DNA of 64,000 nucleotides from Myxococcota bacterium (GTDB lineage Bacteria > Myxococcota_A > UBA796 > CAJQPC01): assembly GCA_036012755.1 (NCBI GenBank), contig DASCPX010000091.1, positions 39,507 through 103,506 of the forward strand. The letters are read 5' to 3'. Positions within the stretch are counted from its first letter, which is position 1, and each line of letters opens with the position of its first letter. A model generated the notes under the pieces. The model saw only the letters and a program-made list of their open reading frames with translations, was not told where the DNA came from and did no database searches. Shown one piece after another: positions 20,442-29,610 of this stretch. A program made the translations under genes and the position numbers.

Positions 20442-21584
20442 ATGTTCGAACTCTCCGAAGACACGCAGCAGATCCGTGACCTCGCGCGGGACTACGCCCG
20501 AGAGGTCCTCGTCCCCACCTCGATGGGGCGCGATCGCACCAAGGAGTTCCCGGCCGAGATCGTCGCCCAGCTCGGCGAGATGGGCTTCATGGGCATGTTC
20601 GTACCAGAGGAGTACGGCGGCTCCGATCTGTCAGTCCTCGACTACGTCGTCGCGCTGGAGGAGATCTGCTACGGCGATGCCTCGGTCGGTGTCGTCATGT
20701 CGGTCAACAACAGCCTGGCCATCTACCCGATCCTGAAGTTCGGCACAGAGGCCCAGAAGCGGAAGTACCTGCCGCCGTTGGCGTCCGGTGAGAAGCTCGG
20801 GTGCTATGCGCTCACGGAGCCAGAGGCTGGAAGCGACGCCGGGGCGCAGAAGACGCGCGCTGACAAGACCGAGAGCGGGGACTTCGTGCTCAACGGCACG
20901 AAGATGTGGATCACGAACGGGCCCCAGGCCGACATCTGCGTCGCCTACGCCAACCGCGATCCCGCGATGCGCCACAAGACCGTGTGCGCCTTCATCCTCG
21001 AGAACACCTGGGAGGGCTACGGGGTGGGCAAGGTCGAGCCGAAGCTCGGCATCGCCTCGAGTCACACCTCCGAGCTCATCTTCGAGGATCTCCACGTCCC
21101 CGCCGAGAACCTGCTCGGCGCGGAAGGGGATGGCTTCAAGGTGGCGATGGGGACCCTCGACGGTGGCCGGATCGGCATCGCGGCCCAGTCCCTCGGGATC
21201 GCCCAGCGCGCCTTTGATCTGGCCGTCAGCTACAGCCAGGCGCGCTGTCAGTTCGGCAAGCCCATCGCTACCAAGCAGGCCATCCAGTGGATGATCGCCG
21301 ACATGGGCACCCGGATCGAGGCGGCCAGGTTGCTGACCTGGAAGGCCGCGGCGCTCAAGGACGCGGGCTCCCGCGGCAGCCGTGAGTGTTCGATGGCGAA
21401 GCTTTTTGCCAGCGAGACCGCCAACTTCTGCGCCGATCGGGCCCTTCAGATCCACGGGGGCTACGGCTACTCCAAGGAGTACGAGGTCGAGCGGCTCTAC
21501 CGCGACGCCCGCATCACGACGCTGTACGAGGGCACCTCCGAGATCCAGCGCCTCGTCATCGCGAAGAGCTTCCTCACTGGCTGA
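20442..21584 (+). CDS. Acyl-CoA dehydrogenase (butyryl-CoA type)
   Basis: ALTEPEAGSDA, LNGTKMWITNG, LDGGRIGIAAQ, QIHGGYGY, YEGTSEIQR. Confidence 0.93.
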   Translation: MFELSEDTQQIRDLARDYAREVLVPTSMGRDRTKEFPAEIVAQLGEMGFMGMFVPEEYGGSDLSVLDYVVALEEICYGDASVGVVMSVNNSLAIYPILKFGTEAQKRKYLPPLASGEKLGCYALTEPEAGSDAGAQKTRADKTESGDFVLNGTKMWITNGPQADICVAYANRDPAMRHKTVCAFILENTWEGYGVGKVEPKLGIASSHTSELIFEDLHVPAENLLGAEGDGFKVAMGTLDGGRIGIAAQSLGIAQRAFDLAVSYSQARCQFGKPIATKQAIQWMIADMGTRIEAARLLTWKAAALKDAGSRGSRECSMAKLFASETANFCADRALQIHGGYGYSKEYEVERLYRDARITTLYEGTSEIQRLVIAKSFLTG

Positions 21585-21634
21585 TTGACCATCTGCTACG
21601 GCGCTTGCTATCTCCTCATACCAAGGAGTGGGCG

Positions 21635-22240
21635 CTGGCACGTCGCTCGAACAAGAGACGCGGGGTTCCCCCTGCGTTGCTGGCCGGAACCAGCAGTCAG
21701 TACCTCGGCGGCCGCGCGCTTCCGAAGGTGCTCCGGCAGCGTGCGCTCGTCCTGGTGCTGGGTCCCCGCGGCTCGGGCAAGTCGGCCGTCGCGCGCCAGA
21801 TCCTCCCGAGCGCCACCATCCTTCGCGGCGACAAGCTCGACGCCGAGGCCGCACGCGCCGTGAGACGGCGAAGATGGCCCGAGGAGCTGTGCGAGGCCAG
21901 CGAGCTCATCATCGACGGACCGAGCTTCCTGTCACGACGGGTCGGCGTCCGGCGCCTGCTGGACCAGCTCCTCGACGAGCGGGCCGCCCAGGGCAAGCGC
22001 TCGGCCGTGGTCCAGGGGGCGGACGACAGCGCGCTGCTCTTGGCCGACGCCGTGGAACCCCACCTGCGGGCCACCGTGAACCTCCGTTTCCCGCAGCGCA
22101 ATGGTCGGCTCCGCTTCGCTCGGCGCCTTGCCGAGGAGCTCGGCGTTCCGAGAGACGCTGCCGACGCGCTCGTGGTCGAGGAGCCCTGGACCTACCTCAA
22201 GGTCATCCGGGCGCTACACCGGATGAAGCGTCAGGGGTAG
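21635..22240 (+). CDS. Small P-loop NTPase, DnaA/Hda-like AAA+ core (divergent)
   Basis: Walker A GPRGSGKS; LIIDG at Walker B position; start inferred at CTG 6 nt after AAGGAG. Confidence 0.6.
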   Translation: MARRSNKRRGVPPALLAGTSSQYLGGRALPKVLRQRALVLVLGPRGSGKSAVARQILPSATILRGDKLDAEAARAVRRRRWPEELCEASELIIDGPSFLSRRVGVRRLLDQLLDERAAQGKRSAVVQGADDSALLLADAVEPHLRATVNLRFPQRNGRLRFARRLAEELGVPRDAADALVVEEPWTYLKVIRALHRMKRQG

Positions 22241-22289
22241 CTGCTCGGGAGCTCCGCCTCGACCACGCGATGCCGCGGAGGACCTGAGG

Positions 22290-22598
22290 TTACGCGCTGC
22301 GCACGATGTCGCCGGTGACGTCCTTGCCGCCGGAGAGGTTCGAGAACAGCACCATGACGCTGTAGATGGGGCCCCAGGGAAAGCCCCACCAGCCGAAGAG
22401 CATCGTGATGATGCTGTAGGGGAGCCCCTTCACGAAGGCGCTCTCCCCAGGGCGGATGAAGAAGACGTCCGAGCTGCGCTTGAAGGACATGATGACGACG
22501 CTGATGGCGTACTCGAAGTAGACGAACTTCCCGCCCTGCTGGACCAGGGCGTGGATCTCCTGGTCGGAGAGTCCCTCGATGCCCTTGATGTCGGCCAT
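22290..22598 (-). CDS. Hypothetical membrane protein
   Basis: SD GAGGAGG before ATG 22598; GGKFV.FEY.IS...FKRSS, FGWWGFPWGPIY. Confidence 0.85.
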   Translation of the reverse strand: MADIKGIEGLSDQEIHALVQQGGKFVYFEYAISVVIMSFKRSSDVFFIRPGESAFVKGLPYSIITMLFGWWGFPWGPIYSVMVLFSNLSGGKDVTGDIVRSA

Positions 22599-22643
22599 GG
22601 CTACCTCCTCGGTGCAAAGACGACGTGGCACCGGAGGCCGATC

Positions 22644-23441
22644 CTACAGCGCCAGATCGAGGAAGGCGCGCCAGGCATCCGGGTCATCCAGCAGGTCGTC
22701 GTTGTGCCCGACCCCTTCGACGAGTTGGAAGCTGGCGTCCGGCAGCACCTCGGCCAGCTGGCGGCCGTGGTGGGATCCGATCATCGCGTCCTGGGAGCCA
22801 TGCAGCACCAGGACCGGAGAGCGCACGAGAGCGGCGCGCTCGTCAGAGCGCCAGGTGTTCCTCATCACCCAGCGCACGGGCAGGAAGGGGTAGGCCTCAG
22901 CGCCAACTGCGACGGCGCTGAGGAAGGTGCTCTCCAACACCACGGCGCGAGGCCGGACCTCCGAGGCAAGGGCAACCGCGACGCCGCCGCCGAGGGACTT
23001 GCCGAGCACGATGATGTCCTCGCTCGCGTGGCTTCGGGTTGCCAGGCTCCACGCAGCCTTCGCATCGAGGACGAGTCCGTCCTCCGAGGGCGAGCCCTCG
23101 CTGCCCGGGTAGCCGCGGTAGTTCACGTGCAGCACGGACAGGCCGGCCTCGTCGAAGCGGCGGTAGCGATCGAGCCAGGCCCCCACCGTCCCCCCGTTGC
23201 CGGAGAAGCAGAGCACGAGCCGCTCGTGGTCCCCAAGGCGCCAGCCGTAGAGCATGACTCCGTCCTCGGCGGTCACGCGGACCTCCTCCGCCCCCACCTT
23301 CGTGGCGAGCTCGGTCAGGCGCGACACCTCCACCTGCGGGCGAGGGTAGACGAGCGCGGTCTCGAACATCGACATCAGCACGACGAGGGCTCCGTAGCCG
23401 AGGAGCGCCGCGGCGGCGATGCGGGTGAGGCGGCGCCTCAG
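22644..23441 (-). CDS. Alpha/beta hydrolase (ABHD/BEM46-like) with N-terminal TM
   Basis: GNGG, YRGY..SEG.PSE.GL..DA, GKSLGG nucleophile elbow, HGSQD, GHND; start inferred at CTG overlapping the upstream TGA. Confidence 0.88.
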   Translation of the reverse strand: MRRRLTRIAAAALLGYGALVVLMSMFETALVYPRPQVEVSRLTELATKVGAEEVRVTAEDGVMLYGWRLGDHERLVLCFSGNGGTVGAWLDRYRRFDEAGLSVLHVNYRGYPGSEGSPSEDGLVLDAKAAWSLATRSHASEDIIVLGKSLGGGVAVALASEVRPRAVVLESTFLSAVAVGAEAYPFLPVRWVMRNTWRSDERAALVRSPVLVLHGSQDAMIGSHHGRQLAEVLPDASFQLVEGVGHNDDLLDDPDAWRAFLDLAL

Positions 23442-24214
23442 TGGTCCGGGTTGGGCTCGGCCCACTCGATGTCAGAGGAAAACGCCGCGCCGAGGCAGAT
23501 GTCGTCGACGATCGTGAAGAAGCCCTGAGCCTCGACCTTGGTGTGCTGGTAGAGCCGCAGCCGCACCTCTTGACCCAGCCAGGGCTGGACGTCGGTGACC
23601 TGCCACACGAGCTCCCCCTCGGTCGGTTCGCCGTAGCCGATGTCGGGGAAGCCGGCGATGGGCACGTGTTCGCTCGAGAGCGCGGGCACGTAGCCTCCGG
23701 TGACAGCGAGGTCATCGAGGCTGGCGAGCACGGCTCCCCCAACCAACAGGTCGGCGTAGAAGTCGATGCCCTCTGCGCCGACCTCGGAGAGCTGGTACCA
23801 CCAGAGGTGATCGTCCTCGATGACGAAGGGCTCTGTGGTGGCGATGGCGACGCTGTCGACATCTCCGGCGTGCGAGGACCGCATCACGAGCGCTCGGCTC
23901 TCGCGGACGTCGATGAGCTCTTCGCCGACCAGCCCGGAGAAGTCGGTGCCCTCTCGCACGTTCCAGAGCAGGGCGCCGTCCGCCAGCTGGACCTCCTGGC
24001 CGTCGTAGCCGGCACCCTCGAGGGTCCCGTCCTCCCAGTCGAGGCACCAGGAGGTCGTCGGCACGAAGTCCCCAGTGTCGACCGGACCGGTGTCGCCGGT
24101 GTCACCGCTGTCGTCGTCAGAGTCCGCGCTGTCGCCGGAGTCCACCACCACCCCCGAGTCCACCGGCAACACCTGTTGGTCGGTGCGACACGCGAGGAGC
24201 AGGAGGAAGGTCAC
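23438..24214 (-). CDS. Acidic lipoprotein with DSG/DTG linker and jelly-roll-like domain
   Basis: MTFLLLLAC leader; DSGDSADSDDDSGDTGDTG linker; DVQPWLGQEVRLR...VDDI. Confidence 0.75.
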   Translation of the reverse strand: MTFLLLLACRTDQQVLPVDSGVVVDSGDSADSDDDSGDTGDTGPVDTGDFVPTTSWCLDWEDGTLEGAGYDGQEVQLADGALLWNVREGTDFSGLVGEELIDVRESRALVMRSSHAGDVDSVAIATTEPFVIEDDHLWWYQLSEVGAEGIDFYADLLVGGAVLASLDDLAVTGGYVPALSSEHVPIAGFPDIGYGEPTEGELVWQVTDVQPWLGQEVRLRLYQHTKVEAQGFFTIVDDICLGAAFSSDIEWAEPNPDH

Positions 24215-24223
24215 GAGGGCAGT

Positions 24224-26632
24224 TTAGTCGCCTTCGAGGTACCCCAGGATCTGAAGCGTCTCGATGGCCGCCGGGTCGTGGGCGGCGCCGAGGTCGCCGC
24301 GCGCGTCCTCTGCGAGGCGGTCGCGCACGGAGTCCTGGATGAGCAGGACCGGGCCGGGCTCGATGACGCTGATCGCGGAGTGGTCCCCCTCGATGGCGAC
24401 GGGCTCGGCGGGGGACAGCACCAGCAGCGTGCCCTTGCCATGGGAGCCGGGCTCGAAGGACAGCCGCAGCCCGTCCTCGCTGAGCTTCACCTGCCCGATG
24501 TCCTCTGGCCAGATGTCCGGGAAGTCTCCCCACTCGATGTTCGCCCGCTGCGTCCGCGCCGCCTCGGGATCCATGACGACGGCGCTGACAGGGCTCTCGA
24601 AGACCAGGGTGAAGGGGGCTGGCTTGCGGATCCGGACGCGCAGACCATCGCCAGAGGGGAAGCCGGCGGCCTCGCCGATGCGAGCCACGCAGCGCCGCGC
24701 CAGCTCCTCGTTCGAGGCCAGGTTCACCGTCTCGCCCGGGTCCGAGCCGAGATCGTAGACCTCCAGCTGGCCGTCAGAGGTGCGCAGGGTGCACTTGTGT
24801 CCGTCCGCCACCGCGCCCCAGAGCTCCTGGTCGTACATGAGGTGCCCGAGCTGCAGCGGCCGGTCGTGGAGGTGGGCGTCGAGGTCGGACAGCTCCGCGG
24901 CGGCGCCAGCGTCGAGATAGGGCCGCAGCGACACGCCGTCGGTGTCCGCCTGGAGCCCCGCGAGGTCGTACAGGGTCGGCGCGAGGTCGTGCAGCCCGAC
25001 GGGCGCCTCGACGTGGTGTGGCCCGCCGCCCCAGCCCTCGGGGGTGCGGACCCAGAGGGCCGCCCTCGTCACCTCGTCGTAGAGGGTGTGGTTGTGCTCG
25101 TAGGAGCCGTGGTCCCAGAACTCCTCTCCGTGGTCGGAGTGGATGGCGACCACCGTGTCGCCGGGGAGGGCGAGCACGTACGCCAGGAAGCCCGACAGCT
25201 GGTCGGCCATCCAGGCCACCTCGCCGTCGTAGCGCTCCCGGAGCCAGGCCTTGTTGTCGGCGGTGAGGCCCCCCATGCGCAGGATCTGCCAGCGGTTGAG
25301 GTCGAAGGACAGCGGCCCCTTTTTGTGTTCGACGTACTTGTTCGCCCACAAGCCGGGCGCCTTGTAGAAGTTGTGGGGGTCCATCAGGTGGAGGAACAGC
25401 AGGCTGTCCCGGTCCTTGTTGGGCTCGAGCCAGGCCTTCGCGCGGTCGACCTGCACATTGGCGTCGACGCTGTTGTCGAACTGCCAGAAGTCGAAGCCGT
25501 CGTTGAAGCCGTGCTTCGGCACGAGGTGGACGTTCGCGGTGATGCCAGCCGTCGTGAAGCCTGCCTCCTGGAAGAGCTCGCCGAGGGTCGGCGCGGGGAT
25601 CGCCGCCAGGGGGTAGTGGCCGGTGGTCGAGGTGCGGAAGCTGGGTCGGGTGCGGGGGGCCGGCGCCCAGGCGTTGTCGAAGAGCACAGCCGAGGAGGCG
25701 AAGTCGTCGAGGGCAGCCGTGACGTCCTTGGCATAGCCCTGCTGGGTGAGCTCGTCGGTGCGCAGCGTGTCGATGCCGATGACGACCACGCGCCGAGGCG
25801 GACCCGCTCGCTCACCGTAGAGCAGGGGCTCGCCGACGAAGACGTAGTCCCAGTCGCTCGCGCCGTCCGGATCGCTGCGGAGCACCAGCCCGACGGTGGT
25901 CCCGGCCCACGGCGACAGATCGACGACGTGGTCGTCCGAGTCCTCGTCGACCGAGAAGCGCGCGACGGTCTCGCCGTCGACCTCGACCAGCAGCAGAGCC
26001 CCGTCGCAGGGCTCGTCTTCCAGCCCGAGCGGAGCGATCACCGTGGACATGGAGAGCTCGGCCCCCTCCGGCACGTCGATGGTCCAACTGATCGAGCCCG
26101 GCGCCGGGATCAGGAGCCCAGGGCGCGTGACCTGGCCATCGTCCGTCTGGAGTGTGATCTCGTGGTCGACGTAGGCCCCATGCTCCAGGCCCGCTTCGGC
26201 GACGTCGAGTCGCTTCGCGCGCGCCGACAGCGTGCTCGACGACAGCACTGCGGACACAGGTTCGCCCTCGCGCTTGAGCCGGATCTCGCCGTCGACGAGT
26301 CGCCAGCCGCGGGGGCCATATGGCACCGCCCGACCGGCCAGCAGGAGCGACACGCCAGCTGGCGCGCGGCTGTGCTTCTTCTTGGTCCTCGTCGGCAGCG
26401 GGTAGTCGTGGACCTGGTGTTCGCCGTCAGCGCTCCAGTGGTCCAGCTGGAACTGGCCAGGCAGTGTGCTCGCCGGGAGGTTCGTCTCCGGCAGGGTGAT
26501 GACGGCCCCGCCGAGCATCTCGCGCAGACGCATTGGTGCCCCGGCGCCGCCGGTGTGAAAGCGCGTGGTCGGCATCTCGGCTGCGGCGTCCGGAAGCTCC
26601 GGCGCGCTGCAGGCCAGCATCAGCGCAAGCAT
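24224..26632 (-). CDS. Sulfatase-like (alkaline phosphatase superfamily) lipoprotein
   Basis: MLALMLAC; IGIDTLRTD, RTRPS...TG.YP, HLMDPH..Y, YDGEV, SDHGEEF.DHG..EH, LYDE; ends LQILGYLE. Confidence 0.88.
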   Translation of the reverse strand: MLALMLACSAPELPDAAAEMPTTRFHTGGAGAPMRLREMLGGAVITLPETNLPASTLPGQFQLDHWSADGEHQVHDYPLPTRTKKKHSRAPAGVSLLLAGRAVPYGPRGWRLVDGEIRLKREGEPVSAVLSSSTLSARAKRLDVAEAGLEHGAYVDHEITLQTDDGQVTRPGLLIPAPGSISWTIDVPEGAELSMSTVIAPLGLEDEPCDGALLLVEVDGETVARFSVDEDSDDHVVDLSPWAGTTVGLVLRSDPDGASDWDYVFVGEPLLYGERAGPPRRVVVIGIDTLRTDELTQQGYAKDVTAALDDFASSAVLFDNAWAPAPRTRPSFRTSTTGHYPLAAIPAPTLGELFQEAGFTTAGITANVHLVPKHGFNDGFDFWQFDNSVDANVQVDRAKAWLEPNKDRDSLLFLHLMDPHNFYKAPGLWANKYVEHKKGPLSFDLNRWQILRMGGLTADNKAWLRERYDGEVAWMADQLSGFLAYVLALPGDTVVAIHSDHGEEFWDHGSYEHNHTLYDEVTRAALWVRTPEGWGGGPHHVEAPVGLHDLAPTLYDLAGLQADTDGVSLRPYLDAGAAAELSDLDAHLHDRPLQLGHLMYDQELWGAVADGHKCTLRTSDGQLEVYDLGSDPGETVNLASNEELARRCVARIGEAAGFPSGDGLRVRIRKPAPFTLVFESPVSAVVMDPEAARTQRANIEWGDFPDIWPEDIGQVKLSEDGLRLSFEPGSHGKGTLLVLSPAEPVAIEGDHSAISVIEPGPVLLIQDSVRDRLAEDARGDLGAAHDPAAIETLQILGYLEGD

Positions 26633-26655
26633 GGCGCGGCTCTAACCGGAGAGAA

Positions 26656-29556
26656 CTAGGGCCCCCAGAAGATGTAGACGTAGCCGACCCGGTTGTCGGA
26701 GCCCCGCGCGATGCCCTCGCCACCGATGACCCACTCACCGAGGCCATCACCGTCCATGTCGCCAGTGATCGCCGGCTTGCGCCCGACGAAGTGGTTCGAC
26801 TGGTTGCCCTTGAAGGTCGCCTGGGAGTCGTCCCAGATCGTCGAGCCGGTCGTCCAGTCGGAGTAGTCCGCTGCGAGCAGGAGGTAGGCGGTGCCGGCGT
26901 TGCTCTTGCTGCTGTTGGTCGTCGAGTAGGCGCCGGTGGTCCACTCGAGGTTGCCGTCACCGTCCATGTCGCCAGAGGCCATGTCCCAGCCCAGGCGGGC
27001 GTCGGCCTCGCTCGTGCCGAAGGAGGCGTCAGCGCTGCCGGCGTCGACGGTCCCGGTGGACGCCGCGTCACCGAAGAAGAAGTAGACGCCTCCACCGTCG
27101 GCGGTGTCTACGTCGGCGAAGCGAGCCCCGACGAGGAAGTCCTCTGCCCCGTCGCTGTCGAGGTCGCCCAGCCCAAGGGCGGAGAGGCCGAAGTTGTCGT
27201 CGGAGGCCTCGCCTTCGATGGTCAGGGTCGCGATGTCCTCTGCCAGGCCGTCCGTCAGCGCACCCGAGGAGATGACGTAGGCCACGCCGGCGTTGGAGAC
27301 CGAGGAGGTGTCCGCGTTGTAGGCGCCGAGCAGGACATCGTCGGTGCCGTCGCCGTCGACATCGCCGAGGGCGCGTATGCAGTTGAGGCCGAGGCGGTCG
27401 GCGCTCCCGGAGCCGTAGAGCAGCACGTCCGCATCGCTTGCGTCGTAGGTCCCAGCGCTCAGCGAGGCGCCGTAGAAGACCGCGACGAGGCCCGCTGCGC
27501 TCCCGCTCGTGTCCTCGTAGGGCGCGCCGACCAGGACATCACCAAGGCCGTCGCCGTCGAGGTCGCTTCCGAGCATGCTCTCGCCCAGGCGGTCCTTGTC
27601 CGTCTCCCCGCGAATGACGACCGAAGCCTCGTCCGTGATGTCCGCGGCCGTGGTCCAGGAGGCCCCGTCGGTCCCGAGCAGGTAGACCTCGCCGCGCTCG
27701 GCGCCGCCGTCGCCCGCGGCGAAGGAGGCCCCCGCGAGCAGGTCCGGGTAGCCGTCCCCGTCGACATCCCCGGCGGCGGCGACGCCCTGACCGTCTCCCA
27801 GGTGGTCACCGGCCGCGCCGCCATACCAGTAGTACTCGGCCTCGTTGTCCTGGAAGGTGCCGCCCGCGCCGAGATCGGCGCCGCTGTAGAGGAAGACAGC
27901 GCCGGCCTCGCTCTCGTAGCCGATGCCGCTGACGACGAGGTCGTCCGTTCCGTCACCGTCGACGTCACCGGGGGCGATGACGGAGTGACCGAAGTATCCC
28001 TGCGCCACCTTGCCCTTGATGTAGACGTCGGCCGAGGAGGGCCCGTAGCTGCCGTCGAGGCGCTCGCCGACGAAGACGCTCGCGCTCACCTCCGAGGTGT
28101 CCTCGCCGTCGTCGGCGGTGAGCGTGCAGGCGACCGTCGAGCCGTCCGCGACTCCGGTCGTGTCGTAGGTGTCGGTGGTCGCGGTGCCGTCGAGTACGCC
28201 GTTGACGGTCCAGCTCAGCGAGGTCGTCACCGTGTCGCCCGGGTCGATGTCAGTGGCGGAGCCATCCTGGACGCAACTCAGCGTGTCGCCAGGGACCGCC
28301 GGTTCTGGGGTGATGGACAGGCCCGGGAGCACCGGCGCGCTGTTGTGGACGACGGTCGTGCCGGTCTGTACGGCAGGGCTGTCCTGGGTCCCGTCGCTGG
28401 CGGTCAGGCTGCAGTAGAGCTCGTCACCCTTGTCGAAAGAGGCGCCGTCGAGCTCCGTTTCGCCCTCCAGCACCGTGTCCCCGTTGACGACCCAGGCGTA
28501 GGCGATCGTCACCTCGTCACCGTCGACATCGGACGCTTCGGCCTCGCAGCTCACCGTGGTGTCCTCGTAGACGTCGCCAGGCTCGAGGTTCGCCGAGTCG
28601 ATCTGCGGCGGGTGGTTCGTGATCGTCACCTGGGCGTTGGCGGTGTTGGTCTGTGAGGAGGTGGCGGTGACCTCGCAAGCGACGACATCGCCGACGACGA
28701 ACGCTGTGCTGGGCAGCGGCGCGGAGCCGTCCCCAGCCTCGACACCGGAGACGTACCAGAGCGCCGACTCCTCGACGATCTCCTCGCCGTCCGGATCGAA
28801 GGCCTCCCACCCGCAGCTCAGCTCGTCGGTGGCCGAAGGGCTCTCCGGGGTGATCCAGACCGTGATGGCCGGCCCGCTCCCGTCGACGCTGACGCTGTCC
28901 TCGGCGATGTCGGAGTAGAGCTGCCCATCGCTGGCCCGGACCTGGACGGTCCAGACTTCGCCCAGCGCGACCTCGCCTTGCGGGATCTCGTCGAGCCCGC
29001 TGTACTCCTGGCGGCTCTCGCCATCCACGGACCAGGCGTAGTCATAGGTGACGGTGCTCCCCTCGGGATCGACCGACTCCGCGAGGAGCCCCACGAACAG
29101 CGCCTGCCCGCTGACCGGCTCCTGCGGGTAGACGATGACCTGGGGCGTGCTCGGCGGCTGGTCGTCGAGCTGGACCACGGTGAGCACGGCCTGGTCGGTG
29201 TTCTCGCGCGGATCCATGACGTCGAAGGTCAACGTGTGGCTGCCCAGCTCGAGGTCCACGGTGGCGACGAAGTGCGTGTCGTCGACCAGCGTGAGATCCA
29301 GTGGAATCCCACCTGCGATGTCGGAGGTGAGGGTGATGACCTGCTGATCGAGGGCGTGGTCGCCGTCCTGGACCGTGCCCGCTATGTCGAGCGACTGGCC
29401 GATGCCGAGGACCAGGCCGTCGCTCGGAGAGCTGAGCTCGAGCTCGGGCGGTGCCCCGAGGTTCGGGAAGCCGCCGGGTGCTGGCTCCCACGCGGCATCA
29501 CAGCCCGCTCCGAAGAGGAGGAGAGACAGGGGCAGCGCGCGCGGAATATGAGCCAT
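26656..29556 (-). CDS. Large surface lipoprotein with about 4 Ig-like repeats and FG-GAP/integrin-alpha beta-propeller
   Basis: SD GAGGT before ATG 29556; LLFGAGC lipobox; repeated P...D.DGD..t..y.W.VnG...GD...C..tAsDG; repeated GD.DGDG..D.lvGA. Confidence 0.85.
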   Translation of the reverse strand: MAHIPRALPLSLLLFGAGCDAAWEPAPGGFPNLGAPPELELSSPSDGLVLGIGQSLDIAGTVQDGDHALDQQVITLTSDIAGGIPLDLTLVDDTHFVATVDLELGSHTLTFDVMDPRENTDQAVLTVVQLDDQPPSTPQVIVYPQEPVSGQALFVGLLAESVDPEGSTVTYDYAWSVDGESRQEYSGLDEIPQGEVALGEVWTVQVRASDGQLYSDIAEDSVSVDGSGPAITVWITPESPSATDELSCGWEAFDPDGEEIVEESALWYVSGVEAGDGSAPLPSTAFVVGDVVACEVTATSSQTNTANAQVTITNHPPQIDSANLEPGDVYEDTTVSCEAEASDVDGDEVTIAYAWVVNGDTVLEGETELDGASFDKGDELYCSLTASDGTQDSPAVQTGTTVVHNSAPVLPGLSITPEPAVPGDTLSCVQDGSATDIDPGDTVTTSLSWTVNGVLDGTATTDTYDTTGVADGSTVACTLTADDGEDTSEVSASVFVGERLDGSYGPSSADVYIKGKVAQGYFGHSVIAPGDVDGDGTDDLVVSGIGYESEAGAVFLYSGADLGAGGTFQDNEAEYYWYGGAAGDHLGDGQGVAAAGDVDGDGYPDLLAGASFAAGDGGAERGEVYLLGTDGASWTTAADITDEASVVIRGETDKDRLGESMLGSDLDGDGLGDVLVGAPYEDTSGSAAGLVAVFYGASLSAGTYDASDADVLLYGSGSADRLGLNCIRALGDVDGDGTDDVLLGAYNADTSSVSNAGVAYVISSGALTDGLAEDIATLTIEGEASDDNFGLSALGLGDLDSDGAEDFLVGARFADVDTADGGGVYFFFGDAASTGTVDAGSADASFGTSEADARLGWDMASGDMDGDGNLEWTTGAYSTTNSSKSNAGTAYLLLAADYSDWTTGSTIWDDSQATFKGNQSNHFVGRKPAITGDMDGDGLGEWVIGGEGIARGSDNRVGYVYIFWGP

Positions 29557-29610
29557 CTGGGACCTCGCCGGAGGAGTGTAGCCGGCTTTGTTCCACCCAT
29601 CGGAGGTGCG

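Noticed and set aside
23441..26659. Very long antisense or alternative-frame ORFs (also 8695..10641, 11700..13544, 26533..28656, 35709..38531, 42445..44928, 46738..49011)
   Set aside because: Shadow ORFs expected from high-GC codon bias opposite well-supported genes; no motifs recognised
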